DNA of 64,000 bases. It comes from a virus (taxonomy: Duplodnaviria > Caudoviricetes). Positions 37,826 through 46,603 of this stretch are shown here, piece by piece. The notes under the pieces were generated by a model, which saw only the letters and a program-made list of their open reading frames with translations, did not search any database and was not told where the DNA came from. The stretch is from positions 1 through 64,000 of the IMG/VR virus record IMGVR_UViG_3300011616_000001; one strand, written 5' to 3'. The translations under genes and the position numbers were made by a program. Position 1 is the first letter of the stretch. Every line of letters begins with the position of its first letter.

Positions 37826-37891
37826 AGTATATATTAGTTGGTTACAAAATAGAATCCATATGTACAAAATAGAGGTTTATATGTACAAAAT
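37826..37891 (-). promoter_or_regulatory. Three direct repeats (20-21 bp period) plus -10 box; candidate LytTR-activated promoter
   Basis: + strand TACAAAAT at 37843, 37863, 37884; - strand TATACT 37831-37826. Confidence 0.55.
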
Positions 37892-38631
37892 CAGGACAGC
37901 ATAAAATTATCCACTTCAAAATATTCTTCAATGCTTTTTCTGAAACTCTCATAGTAAGGAGGCGTAACTGGTATCTCTTCCTCGCCAATAAATACCTTGT
38001 TGTGGCTGAACGATGTAACATACACAAGGTTGACCAAATAGCTTTTATGTATACGAACAAAGTGTGGATGTATCCTTTTCACCTCGTCTTCAAATACATC
38101 CAACTTTTTATAGATTTTATACGGAAAAAATTCTCCATACTTGAGCATAAGTCTTGTGGCTCGGTGATTGAAGGTGGCATATTTTACCTCATTTAAATCA
38201 ACCTTATAACCAACCTGTTTAAAACTGACTAAATAGAACCTTTTTACAGATGCATTCAATTCGGATATGACTTTTCTCAATACACTATTTACGTCATCTT
38301 GCAATAGTGGTTTAGTTAAAAACCCAGTAGGATCAGCATTTGCCACATCCATAGTATTCTTGGCGTTTGCATAAAAGGAGATAAAGATCATCTTTGTATC
38401 AGGATATGATTTCTTAATGAACCTAGATACGTTTGTTCCCCTTTCATTTTTACCGATCATTACGTCCATAAAAATGATATCGAATTTCTTCTCCTCATTA
38501 AGATATTCAATCAACTTACTGCCCAAATTAAAATACTCAATGTGCAATGGCTCCTCAAATGGATATTTCTCTATGTACTTTATTAAATCCTTGATCTCAC
38601 TCTTTTTATCGTCACATATTGCTATATTCAT
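37891..38631 (-). CDS. LytTR/AgrA-family response regulator
   Basis: IAICDD, DIIFMD (phospho-Asp), FLTKP, FVRIHKSYLVN. Confidence 0.92.
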   Translation of the reverse strand: MNIAICDDKKSEIKDLIKYIEKYPFEEPLHIEYFNLGSKLIEYLNEEKKFDIIFMDVMIGKNERGTNVSRFIKKSYPDTKMIFISFYANAKNTMDVANADPTGFLTKPLLQDDVNSVLRKVISELNASVKRFYLVSFKQVGYKVDLNEVKYATFNHRATRLMLKYGEFFPYKIYKKLDVFEDEVKRIHPHFVRIHKSYLVNLVYVTSFSHNKVFIGEEEIPVTPPYYESFRKSIEEYFEVDNFMLS

Positions 38632-38683
38632 ATCTATATGATAACGCTTCGTCACGGAAAAGGGAATAGATTATTTTTGGAAG

Positions 38684-39103
38684 TCAGGAAGTACGAAGGC
38701 CTCTTGCTGCAAGTTCTTTGCGAAACAGAGGAACGACATTTTCTTCAGCATATTGAATAAAGTCTGTCCAGTAAAAGCCGGGACGGAAGATATCTGCAGA
38801 ACCATGAAAGCCATATGATGCGAGATTAGCAACATCGTAGCCAGAGATACCAAGATAGTGCATTACACTCAGATCAATAAATACTTCAGCCGTATTTTTA
38901 TCTACAAGATTGAATTTAGGAGATTTGAGGAACATATATGATCGTGTATACCATTCCGGTTTGTACATGTCATAAAACTCAGTCCGAATGTATTCTTGCA
39001 GCTTCTCAGCCAAGTGTTGTGCCACAGTTTGCAAGGCTTCTTCTTTAACACCCTCGATGTATGCCGCTATATCGGCCACTTTTGAAAATGCTTTAGCACA
39101 CAT
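38684..39103 (-). CDS. Putative neck/tail completion protein
   Basis: YKPEWYTRS motif; position in the tail module. Confidence 0.5.
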   Translation of the reverse strand: MCAKAFSKVADIAAYIEGVKEEALQTVAQHLAEKLQEYIRTEFYDMYKPEWYTRSYMFLKSPKFNLVDKNTAEVFIDLSVMHYLGISGYDVANLASYGFHGSADIFRPGFYWTDFIQYAEENVVPLFRKELAARGLRTS

Positions 39104-39104
39104 A

Positions 39105-39293
39105 TTACTTCAGCTTCAATGAAGATATCATTACCGCCAGGTCATCCGGAGAAGTAGTATTCAGTACTGCCACCAGATTCTGAAGTGCACCGCGAACATC
39201 CTCACTACTTTCATGTATTCTAATAACATATCCATACAGGATAGCCTTTGCTTTGATTTCTCTATTCTTCATTTTAATCCAATTAATAATCAT
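39105..39293 (-). CDS. Hypothetical protein (62 aa)
   Basis: AAGGAG SD before ATG 39293. Confidence 0.6.
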   Translation of the reverse strand: MIINWIKMKNREIKAKAILYGYVIRIHESSEDVRGALQNLVAVLNTTSPDDLAVMISSLKLK

Positions 39294-39297
39294 ATGT

Positions 39298-39753
39298 CTA
39301 TTTCTCCTTTTGGTTCTCTTTTTTCTTCTTTTCCCGTTTACGGGCGGCACGTTGTTTCTTCACAAAATCATAGTCACACCAGCCACCATCAATTTTTGAA
39401 TACGTAATCCAGCTGTAATTGACATCTGGATAATGATAACGAAACATTTTCTTTTTCAAGGTGGCAACACTATCGGGACACCCTTTAGTGTCAATCACTT
39501 CTACTGATCCATCGGAATACTGTATGACAAAATCAGCTACATAGGTTATTTCGTTAACCTTTTTATTGTTGTGTTTAAACTCCGGTTGCAGAATATACTT
39601 GCGTTGCAGTTCAAAATCAGTAATATCACCAGATTTTAATGCAGGACACACGACATCACGGTAGTATCTCATTTCAAGTTCTGAAGCAAATACAATCCCG
39701 TCATATGTGCGTTTCCGCGGATCTTTATCAACATTAAATTTACTTCTTGCTAT
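39298..39753 (-). CDS. DUF1064-like PD-(D/E)XK endonuclease (ATA start)
   Basis: FASELE, LQ.KY.L, YVADF, DTKG; GAGGTG SD 6 nt before ATA. Confidence 0.75.
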   Translation of the reverse strand: MARSKFNVDKDPRKRTYDGIVFASELEMRYYRDVVCPALKSGDITDFELQRKYILQPEFKHNNKKVNEITYVADFVIQYSDGSVEVIDTKGCPDSVATLKKKMFRYHYPDVNYSWITYSKIDGGWCDYDFVKKQRAARKREKKKKENQKEK

Positions 39754-39786
39754 TTCAATCACCTCATTTTTTGATATTAAGAGGCA

Positions 39787-39865
39787 GGAGAGTAGTTCAG
39801 TCTTTTACTCTCCAAAATAAAAAAATGCCCCTACCACATGACTGAACTTATCTGGTAGACGCATT
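39787..39865 (-). terminator. Terminator plus second hairpin with complementary loops
   Basis: Stem 39824-39836/39853-39865 plus U-run; stem 39787-39794/39806-39813; AGTTCAGTC/GACTGAACT. Confidence 0.6.
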
Positions 39866-39989
39866 TTAATGTTTATAAATAATGGGGGAGCAGTAATCTT
39901 CCTGACTATACTTGTTTTCTTCATCGTTCACGGTCACAGGTGTATTGTTCTGCTCATTACGTGCATTCTCTTGCACAACCGTAGTTTAG

Positions 39990-40169
39990 TTATCTGTTTC
40001 TGTAAAAGTCTTTTAATGTGTTAAATAGTTTATAATTCTTTTTATATTTCCATACAGTGATACCATTCTCAGTCTTCACAAATGTGTATGGTATCCCTTT
40101 ATCTCTCAGAAATAACATTTCCAAGGGATTTTCACAGCGAAATTCATTGTCAAATTTCTTCGTTTCTAT
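39990..40169 (-). CDS. Small DUF5659-like protein (ATA start)
   Basis: GAGGTG SD 6 nt before ATA; family call from memory. Confidence 0.55.
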   Translation of the reverse strand: METKKFDNEFRCENPLEMLFLRDKGIPYTFVKTENGITVWKYKKNYKLFNTLKDFYRNR

Positions 40170-40256
40170 TACATTCACCTCTTTATCATATTTTCGTAAA
40201 AAATAGGGACACAAACTTCTTGCTGAATAACAAGTGAATTATGTCCCTATCCCTCG

Positions 40257-40523
40257 TTATTCATCACACACTTCTTTGTTTACCTCGGCAGCAGCCTTCC
40301 CTCTTTTTGGTTTTATCTCTGGAATATCAGCTGAAGCGGTCTTGGCAGCAACATCAAAATCTTCCTTTGAAACAACCGTATATTTATTACCAGCACGCTG
40401 TACATAAACTATATCTCCCGGCTTAGCTGCAAGTTCCCTGTTGGACAGCTGAACTTCCACACCATCAAACGAAACAACCATATTTATGGCATGACTTCGT
40501 TCTACCTTACATTCTTTGATCAT
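40257..40523 (-). CDS. Hypothetical protein
   Basis: AAAGGA SD; open frame. Confidence 0.6.
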   Translation of the reverse strand: MIKECKVERSHAINMVVSFDGVEVQLSNRELAAKPGDIVYVQRAGNKYTVVSKEDFDVAAKTASADIPEIKPKRGKAAAEVNKEVCDE

Positions 40524-40580
40524 TTCAATTCCTTTCATTAAAACGCCCCAATTCATTATCGGATCGGGGCGTTACCGATA

Positions 40581-41306
40581 TTATTCAGTGATTTCAGCAA
40601 TCTCCATAATGTTACCCTCTCTGTCTTCCAAGACATCAAAAGTAATCGTCAGCTCGGCCGGATCACCGTCAGAAGAGAAAGACCATTCCATATTTCTCTG
40701 AGGAGATGCTTTAAAGGCTGTAATTTTGACCGGAACCAGATTACCATTCTCGTCCTTATCCAGAGTCTCCTGAGTAATGCGGAAATCTTTTGGTACTTTT
40801 TTGTTGTTGAAGCTTACTTTCTTCACGCCGGAAGTTTTATTTACCAGATATGCTACGGTATAATCAGTACCTGACGCAATTTCAGAAGCATTGGTTGCTG
40901 TAAAGGTAGTACCAGCAGCAGTGCCATCAATTGCTTCACCACCGAATTCACCTTTTGCATAAACATATACAGTGCCAGCAATAGGCGTGTCTGGCAGAGT
41001 CAGAGAGCCCTCCGTTGAACAAGTGATATCCTCGTTAACCGGAACTACTGCAGATGTTTCGATTTCGCCGTCGCTCAGCAGAGCATAGATGCGGAATGGG
41101 TGTACCTGAAACGTCAGAGCCATGGTAGCGTCAAGCGGATTATCGAATTTGATGGCCTTTGATCCCATCTTCATTGCATATACTGGGTCGCTTGAGAAGC
41201 CTGCGGTTGTGGTATTACAAAAATCTGCGTACATCCATGGCTGGTTTGTTGCATATTCGCGAATGTCCAATTTGCAACACTGTCTGTTCGCCATATTAAG
41301 ATCCAT
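40581..41306 (-). CDS. Major tail tube protein of prophage B
   Basis: SFSSDGDPAELTITFDVL C-terminus; position; terminator downstream. Confidence 0.75.
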   Translation of the reverse strand: MDLNMANRQCCKLDIREYATNQPWMYADFCNTTTAGFSSDPVYAMKMGSKAIKFDNPLDATMALTFQVHPFRIYALLSDGEIETSAVVPVNEDITCSTEGSLTLPDTPIAGTVYVYAKGEFGGEAIDGTAAGTTFTATNASEIASGTDYTVAYLVNKTSGVKKVSFNNKKVPKDFRITQETLDKDENGNLVPVKITAFKASPQRNMEWSFSSDGDPAELTITFDVLEDREGNIMEIAEITE

Positions 41307-41348
41307 ATTAATTTCCTCCTTGAAATGACACCCGTTAGGGGTGGATTG

Positions 41349-42104
41349 TTATTTGTTTTTCTTCATATAATCCATTGGTTTATAATCCGAAGATTTTTTG
41401 AATGAAAAAGTATTAGCTGCCATATTGTCATAATAATCATATTGCCGGGCAGCAGCATATTCCTGAAATAATATCATGAACTGATAATAAGTCAGATCCC
41501 ACACATTGAGCAGGTTGATCCCGGTCTTGTTGTGGGTACAGAATTTGCGAATCATGTTATCTAAGGTGTAATTCTCGTCAACTTCCTGTTTTTGAGTCTG
41601 AGGACTATGTTGCATCATCTCATAGAGTTTGCGAGCGTATTCGTTTTTAAATTTTGGCTCTTCGCTCTCTGATTTCTTTATCCCAAGTATTTTCCTTAAC
41701 TCATCACGGAAGAATTCGAAATTTTCATTGTTGATTTCTCCAACCTTGACCTTCTTACCATCATTATCCTCATAAACTAGGAAGGAAAAAAGGCATTCAT
41801 CAAATATAACAGTACCTTCAGTAAAATAGCTGAGCAGATCTAATAGGAAAGCTGGAGTGCTGAGCATTAGAAGATTATAGACCGTAAATTCAGCTTGCTG
41901 TTCTTTGTTTAGGCTTTCGTAGTGCTCATAAGAACCACTGTTTTTTAAATAGTCGTACCATGATGTTGATAAGATATTCAGATACATTGAAAAGGTCTGA
42001 TATTGAATGGTTCGTATATCTCTTAGCGTTGGACATTTGATATGGCCGATTCCAGAAAGATAGAAAGGCTCATTGCATAGGTAATCAAAGGGGGTATAAG
42101 TCAT
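41349..42104 (-). CDS. Hypothetical tail-region protein (chaperone-like)
   Basis: 251-aa ORF; INLLNVWDLTYYQF. Confidence 0.6.
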   Translation of the reverse strand: MTYTPFDYLCNEPFYLSGIGHIKCPTLRDIRTIQYQTFSMYLNILSTSWYDYLKNSGSYEHYESLNKEQQAEFTVYNLLMLSTPAFLLDLLSYFTEGTVIFDECLFSFLVYEDNDGKKVKVGEINNENFEFFRDELRKILGIKKSESEEPKFKNEYARKLYEMMQHSPQTQKQEVDENYTLDNMIRKFCTHNKTGINLLNVWDLTYYQFMILFQEYAAARQYDYYDNMAANTFSFKKSSDYKPMDYMKKNK

Positions 42105-42634
42105 TAGAGTCCCCCTGCTTTAACATTGAATTCAGGAACTGTGAGAATTAGCTCTCGTCCATAGTATTTATTGTGAGGGAAGAAGTGTCTTGCACTTCTT
42201 ATTTCAAAATGTCCAATGCCCACCCGTTTGTTGCTTATGTGTTCACGCAATGTCTGTTCCACCATGTCGGTCAGTATATCTATTCTGGTGCCAAGATAAC
42301 CCTTATGGGTATACTCCATAATATCTCGGTGGCACTGAACCCATATTGTCAGCTCAATATTTTTAATTGTCCGGGAACCCATGCCTGATAGTGCAGATTC
42401 AACACAAATATAGCTCTGAGCCTCGGTTTGTGTGTCATCAATATATAGATATGGCCAGATATTTTTGTAAACTAATTTCTCATCATCTATGTCCGGATCG
42501 GCAGCAACCAACCCAGAGTCTGAGACTATTTTTCTGTCCATTAATATAGTGCAGATATCAGGATTAGCCAACAGAGCAGAGATGACATCAGACTTGATTA
42601 GTGGTAAATCTCTCAATACAGAATCCATAGCCAC
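42104..42634 (-). CDS. Putative tail terminator / neck protein
   Basis: 176-aa ORF; position. Confidence 0.5.
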   Translation of the reverse strand: MAMDSVLRDLPLIKSDVISALLANPDICTILMDRKIVSDSGLVAADPDIDDEKLVYKNIWPYLYIDDTQTEAQSYICVESALSGMGSRTIKNIELTIWVQCHRDIMEYTHKGYLGTRIDILTDMVEQTLREHISNKRVGIGHFEIRSARHFFPHNKYYGRELILTVPEFNVKAGGL

Positions 42635-42637
42635 CTC

Positions 42638-43636
42638 CTAAAATACACCCAGAACTTGGACATCCATTTCACTATTGACCTCGCCATCCACGAGTAATTG
42701 CAATAAAAAAGAACTGCCAATGCAGCTCTCATCCACCACGCCAATAACTATTCTGTTATCCTGCTGGGAGAATATGTTTATTTTATCTTTAATGTCGCCG
42801 GTGATATTCCATGAAAAAGAAACATCGGACACACCATTACCGTCTGTATCAGTAAATGCTGCATTATACGTCTTTTGGCCCCGGCCAACCCTTATCTTAT
42901 TGTCGCCGGTGATAGTCGATAAAACTGCCGTTTCAAGATCCACCTGTTTAGAAGTGGGAGAGTGGTAGTCTGCGATCCATACCTGTTCACCGGAATCGAG
43001 AGTAATTAGCTTATCATCATTCAATCGTTCTGTCTGAGTGTAAATGTAGTAGGTTACACCTTTGGTTCCGAACCTCATAGACACATTGTCCGGTCGTGTT
43101 AGTTCATAAGCCGAGGGAGATGTCAACTCATGATCCATAAACATACGCTTTCCATTCCTAAGTCTAAGTGTCTCTGAGTCAAGAGGCATATATACCATAT
43201 ACTGATTGGTTGCCAGCGTGATTGTATTATTACCTTTTTCGCCATTGTTATATGCAGATGCATTCATTACATATGAGGGCCGTTCGATTAATTTATTTTC
43301 TTCATCTAGCCATCTTTGAACATAGTTGCATTCGTACATTTTTCCATCAACATAAATTTCGTCATCAGCATCTGCCTCATAAACCAGCCAAGTACGATTA
43401 GACCATTCAACATAATCGCCAGCAACAATATTCTCTCCCGGAAGGGATTCAAACTCTTTGGTATGCGTTGAAGTGCTAGTATTAATTATGATATAGGTAT
43501 CATTTCCATTAATTTTGACATTTTTATATGATGGATTACAGGGCGCATTTCGAAGAATGTCATTTCGCAGCCGCTCAATATTTCGATCCCGTTGAGTGGT
43601 TCCGTGAAGATTAAGTCTTGCCTTATATCTATCCAT
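42638..43636 (-). CDS. Head-tail joining protein with C-terminal Ig-like region
   Basis: GDYVEW...WLV motif; beta-rich C-terminus. Confidence 0.55.
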   Translation of the reverse strand: MDRYKARLNLHGTTQRDRNIERLRNDILRNAPCNPSYKNVKINGNDTYIIINTSTSTHTKEFESLPGENIVAGDYVEWSNRTWLVYEADADDEIYVDGKMYECNYVQRWLDEENKLIERPSYVMNASAYNNGEKGNNTITLATNQYMVYMPLDSETLRLRNGKRMFMDHELTSPSAYELTRPDNVSMRFGTKGVTYYIYTQTERLNDDKLITLDSGEQVWIADYHSPTSKQVDLETAVLSTITGDNKIRVGRGQKTYNAAFTDTDGNGVSDVSFSWNITGDIKDKINIFSQQDNRIVIGVVDESCIGSSFLLQLLVDGEVNSEMDVQVLGVF

Positions 43637-43967
43637 ACGAATCCCTCTCTTTAAAGTACTTTTCATTAATATTCTGTAGTATCCGAATACACTTAAAGAC
43701 TTCTTTTTTACAGATATCTGCGGTATAATCTTCCGATATCAAATACTGAATGGTGTTTAGTATTGTAATGAATTGAGGCTCATTCACCAATAAATGTATT
43801 AGCCTTTTATTCCCGATCAACTCTCTTTGGTAGCTTTCCAAATAGGCTTTCAGTGTAATTGAATTTTCTTCTTTCATTGGCAGTATCTTGTAGGTTTTAT
43901 CAATTAAGAATTTGAAGTAGTTGCAAAAACACTCATTGGGAATAAGACCATATTCGACTTCTATCAT
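43629..43967 (-). CDS. Conserved hypothetical protein
   Basis: YKILPMKEE motif; SD. Confidence 0.65.
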   Translation of the reverse strand: MIEVEYGLIPNECFCNYFKFLIDKTYKILPMKEENSITLKAYLESYQRELIGNKRLIHLLVNEPQFITILNTIQYLISEDYTADICKKEVFKCIRILQNINEKYFKERDSYG

Positions 43968-44404
43968 GTTTTTAACTCCTTCATATCAGCAATACGAAAA
44001 GAGAACTCATTAGTAACACTTCGCGCTTGTTTTTGAGCTTGCTCATACCGGTTACTGATTTTTTCTAACAGGTTAGCCGGAGAAAAGAAGGAGAAGTCTT
44101 TAGTAGATAATGAATTTCTGAGATTTTCAATGTTATTTAGGTAGGGCCTCAACCAGAAGACTGACATCCACTCAATTATAATGTCAATGACTTCATCAGG
44201 AATATAGTTTTCAAAACACATTAATTCATCATCTCTTAAAGTCAAATCTACCACTGGGGCAACTACTCGATTGCATTTGGCAATAGCTTTGGACATAAGG
44301 GCCAACAAGGTCTCTGATTGTAATTGATCAGAAAGTAGCAATAAGTCAGGATCGGTAATTGTATCTTTAAATGCCATGAATACATTATCATATTCGGTTA
44401 CCAT
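43964..44404 (-). CDS. Putative head-tail adaptor
   Basis: KDFSFFSPANLL; position after the capsid. Confidence 0.55.
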   Translation of the reverse strand: MVTEYDNVFMAFKDTITDPDLLLLSDQLQSETLLALMSKAIAKCNRVVAPVVDLTLRDDELMCFENYIPDEVIDIIIEWMSVFWLRPYLNNIENLRNSLSTKDFSFFSPANLLEKISNRYEQAQKQARSVTNEFSFRIADMKELKT

Positions 44405-44421
44405 GTCACATACCTCCTCTG

Positions 44422-45057
44422 CTAAATGCCGAATTCAATACCCAGAACGGCTTCCAGAGCTTCAATCTTACTGTTTGAATCAATTTCTTTGGCATCAATT
44501 TTTATTTTTGCCCTCGTTGCTATCGTATTTTTCATACCAGCAGAAAGAGGAGCAATCATTTTGATTATATTTTTAGGTGATTCGTCAAAGATAGAATCGA
44601 TGTTTTCAGGAGTAAATACGTGCTCATAATATTGAGATACTTTTAAGAAGCTATAAATTTGAACTGCGGTGTAATCGCTGGTGTCTTCGCACACAATCCA
44701 ATTATCCTGAAAGAATCTTCGGTCACTGTTTCTCATAGCTACTAACTCTGACAGCTCAACATACTCTGTAGAACCATACTCGTCCCACACAACTATATGA
44801 CCAATTAGTTTTTTTGAAACATAGATGGCTCCTCCTTGTACATTACATGTCACAGGCACAACCGTATCTAATGGGATCTTCATCATTTTTTGTAAGTTAT
44901 CAGCAGTGACCGCCTTATCGACAACCGGTTTTTCTGAAGACAACTTCTCTTTCAATGACTGACTATATTCAGCACGGATCTGCGCCTCAATTTCCGCGCG
45001 CATAAGAGCCTCTTTTTCTGCCTTTTTTATTTCTCTCTGTTCCTTTGTGTACGCCAA
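44422..45057 (-). CDS. Conserved hypothetical protein following the capsid gene
   Basis: AGGAGG SD, TTG start. Confidence 0.7.
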   Translation of the reverse strand: MAYTKEQREIKKAEKEALMRAEIEAQIRAEYSQSLKEKLSSEKPVVDKAVTADNLQKMMKIPLDTVVPVTCNVQGGAIYVSKKLIGHIVVWDEYGSTEYVELSELVAMRNSDRRFFQDNWIVCEDTSDYTAVQIYSFLKVSQYYEHVFTPENIDSIFDESPKNIIKMIAPLSAGMKNTIATRAKIKIDAKEIDSNSKIEALEAVLGIEFGI

Positions 45058-45123
45058 AGTGTTTCCTCCTTTTATTCATAAATAGGTCTGGAAATAGATT
45101 TTTCCAGACCTTGCTCAGTGTGA

Positions 45124-46119
45124 TTATGAAAGCTGATAAACCCCATTGGTTTCCTTCATCACAATAGCTGTTCCGTATCTCTGACCCATTAAAAATTCCT
45201 GTGACAGATCAGCATTGTTCAGCGGATCGCCTGGAATGATAAGGGTGTCACCTTCAGTTACTAACTTAACAAATTTGTCGTCTGCACAAATAACATACAG
45301 GTCATTGCCAAGTACAAATTCAGTAGAGCCGACTTTGTGAGCATTTTTCATGGCAATGATAGGATTCTCTCCGATATGGCCATAATATCCCATGGCGTAA
45401 AGGTCTTCTTTGGCAGAGTTTGCATCTGCACCGGTAACACCAGTGATTTTTCTGACAGCCTGTTTCGAACCAAGAATAAATGCAGTCTTCCCGTCATTGG
45501 CTGCTTCAACATGATCGATTAAAGTGAGCAGTTTATTTTCCTCAAAAGAACCACTTGCTTTATAAGGGGTTGTTAAGTTGCCGAAACCGGCAACAATACC
45601 ACCGTACATATCAGAGTTGATTTTTAATGCAAAGGATTTTGTGACCTTATCGATCAATTTGTTAAAATCAGTTCTGCCAGAAAGAAGGCGGTTAATCTCT
45701 TCATAAATCTTAATGCCTTTCAACTGAGCTTTAACTGGCATCTCTGTACCACCAGTGATTCGCTGTCTGCGAATTCCCTGAGTTCCCTCAGCGATATCAG
45801 CTACAATAAATAAGTTGTCATCCTCGATTTCAAAGATATTAGTATCTCCTAGTGAAAGGTTTCTAAAATCAACAAAGTCGAAGAGTGGGCAGGTATCAGG
45901 CAACCCTTCAATCACTGTTTTTGTTATAATCTCTTCGATAACAGCAAACAATCCACCACATTTGCCGTCTCGAATTGCACGATAATCAAGTTTGGTAGAA
46001 CCTCCGTTTAATTCCACGAGCGCTAATTTCAGGGTCTCCATAGAGTCTGATACAGAGTAATTACCACTTGGAGTTCCTTTATACGCATCAATCGCAATCT
46101 GAACTAAGTCTTTCTTCAT
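45124..46119 (-). CDS. Major capsid protein of prophage B
   Basis: FVDFRNLSLGD, GTQGIRRQRI; SPbeta YonB-like position. Confidence 0.8.
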   Translation of the reverse strand: MKKDLVQIAIDAYKGTPSGNYSVSDSMETLKLALVELNGGSTKLDYRAIRDGKCGGLFAVIEEIITKTVIEGLPDTCPLFDFVDFRNLSLGDTNIFEIEDDNLFIVADIAEGTQGIRRQRITGGTEMPVKAQLKGIKIYEEINRLLSGRTDFNKLIDKVTKSFALKINSDMYGGIVAGFGNLTTPYKASGSFEENKLLTLIDHVEAANDGKTAFILGSKQAVRKITGVTGADANSAKEDLYAMGYYGHIGENPIIAMKNAHKVGSTEFVLGNDLYVICADDKFVKLVTEGDTLIIPGDPLNNADLSQEFLMGQRYGTAIVMKETNGVYQLS

Positions 46120-46145
46120 AATTATGTATTCCTTCCTTTCGTTAA

Positions 46146-46583
46146 TTACATTACTTCGTATACGTTATAGGTATATCGGCCAGAGACTTCTGTACCGATG
46201 AATTTAGCCACCACATTAGAATCAACAGTTTTGTCCGCCCCAGAACCTTCGTTCCCAATAGAGAAAATGTCCCCCTTCTGAAGCATGAACACACGAATCA
46301 CCTGATCAGCCTTATTTTTATAGGTATCCAGGCCATGATAGCCGGTCTCTTCGTATTCCAGTTCCGGAGTACAAACGATACCAATATAAGTATCACCGGA
46401 TTCTGGAGTGGTCGCTTTGTGAACTTCGCGCTCTCCATCCAGTAGAGTACCAATCGTAACTAACTCTCCGTTTTCAATTTCAGCAGCTACATCAGATTCA
46501 AAGTATTTTGCACTTTTAATTAAGGATGGCACTTTGGTAGCACCCATATTATCTGTTCTGACAAATTTACATTTCTTTAACAT
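46146..46583 (-). CDS. Putative capsid decoration protein
   Basis: IENGELV.IG; position directly before the capsid gene. Confidence 0.55.
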   Translation of the reverse strand: MLKKCKFVRTDNMGATKVPSLIKSAKYFESDVAAEIENGELVTIGTLLDGEREVHKATTPESGDTYIGIVCTPELEYEETGYHGLDTYKNKADQVIRVFMLQKGDIFSIGNEGSGADKTVDSNVVAKFIGTEVSGRYTYNVYEVM

Positions 46584-46603
46584 TTAAAAGTCCTCTCTTT
46601 CAT

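Noticed and set aside
37640-39293. AgrB/AgrD or arbitrium-type peptide genes near the regulator
   Set aside because: The small ORFs lack signal peptides, AIP Cys motifs and multi-TM AgrB character.
39903-39912. AAGTATAGTC (- strand) resembling a group I S element
   Set aside because: No matching P3/P7 partner or interrupted gene nearby.
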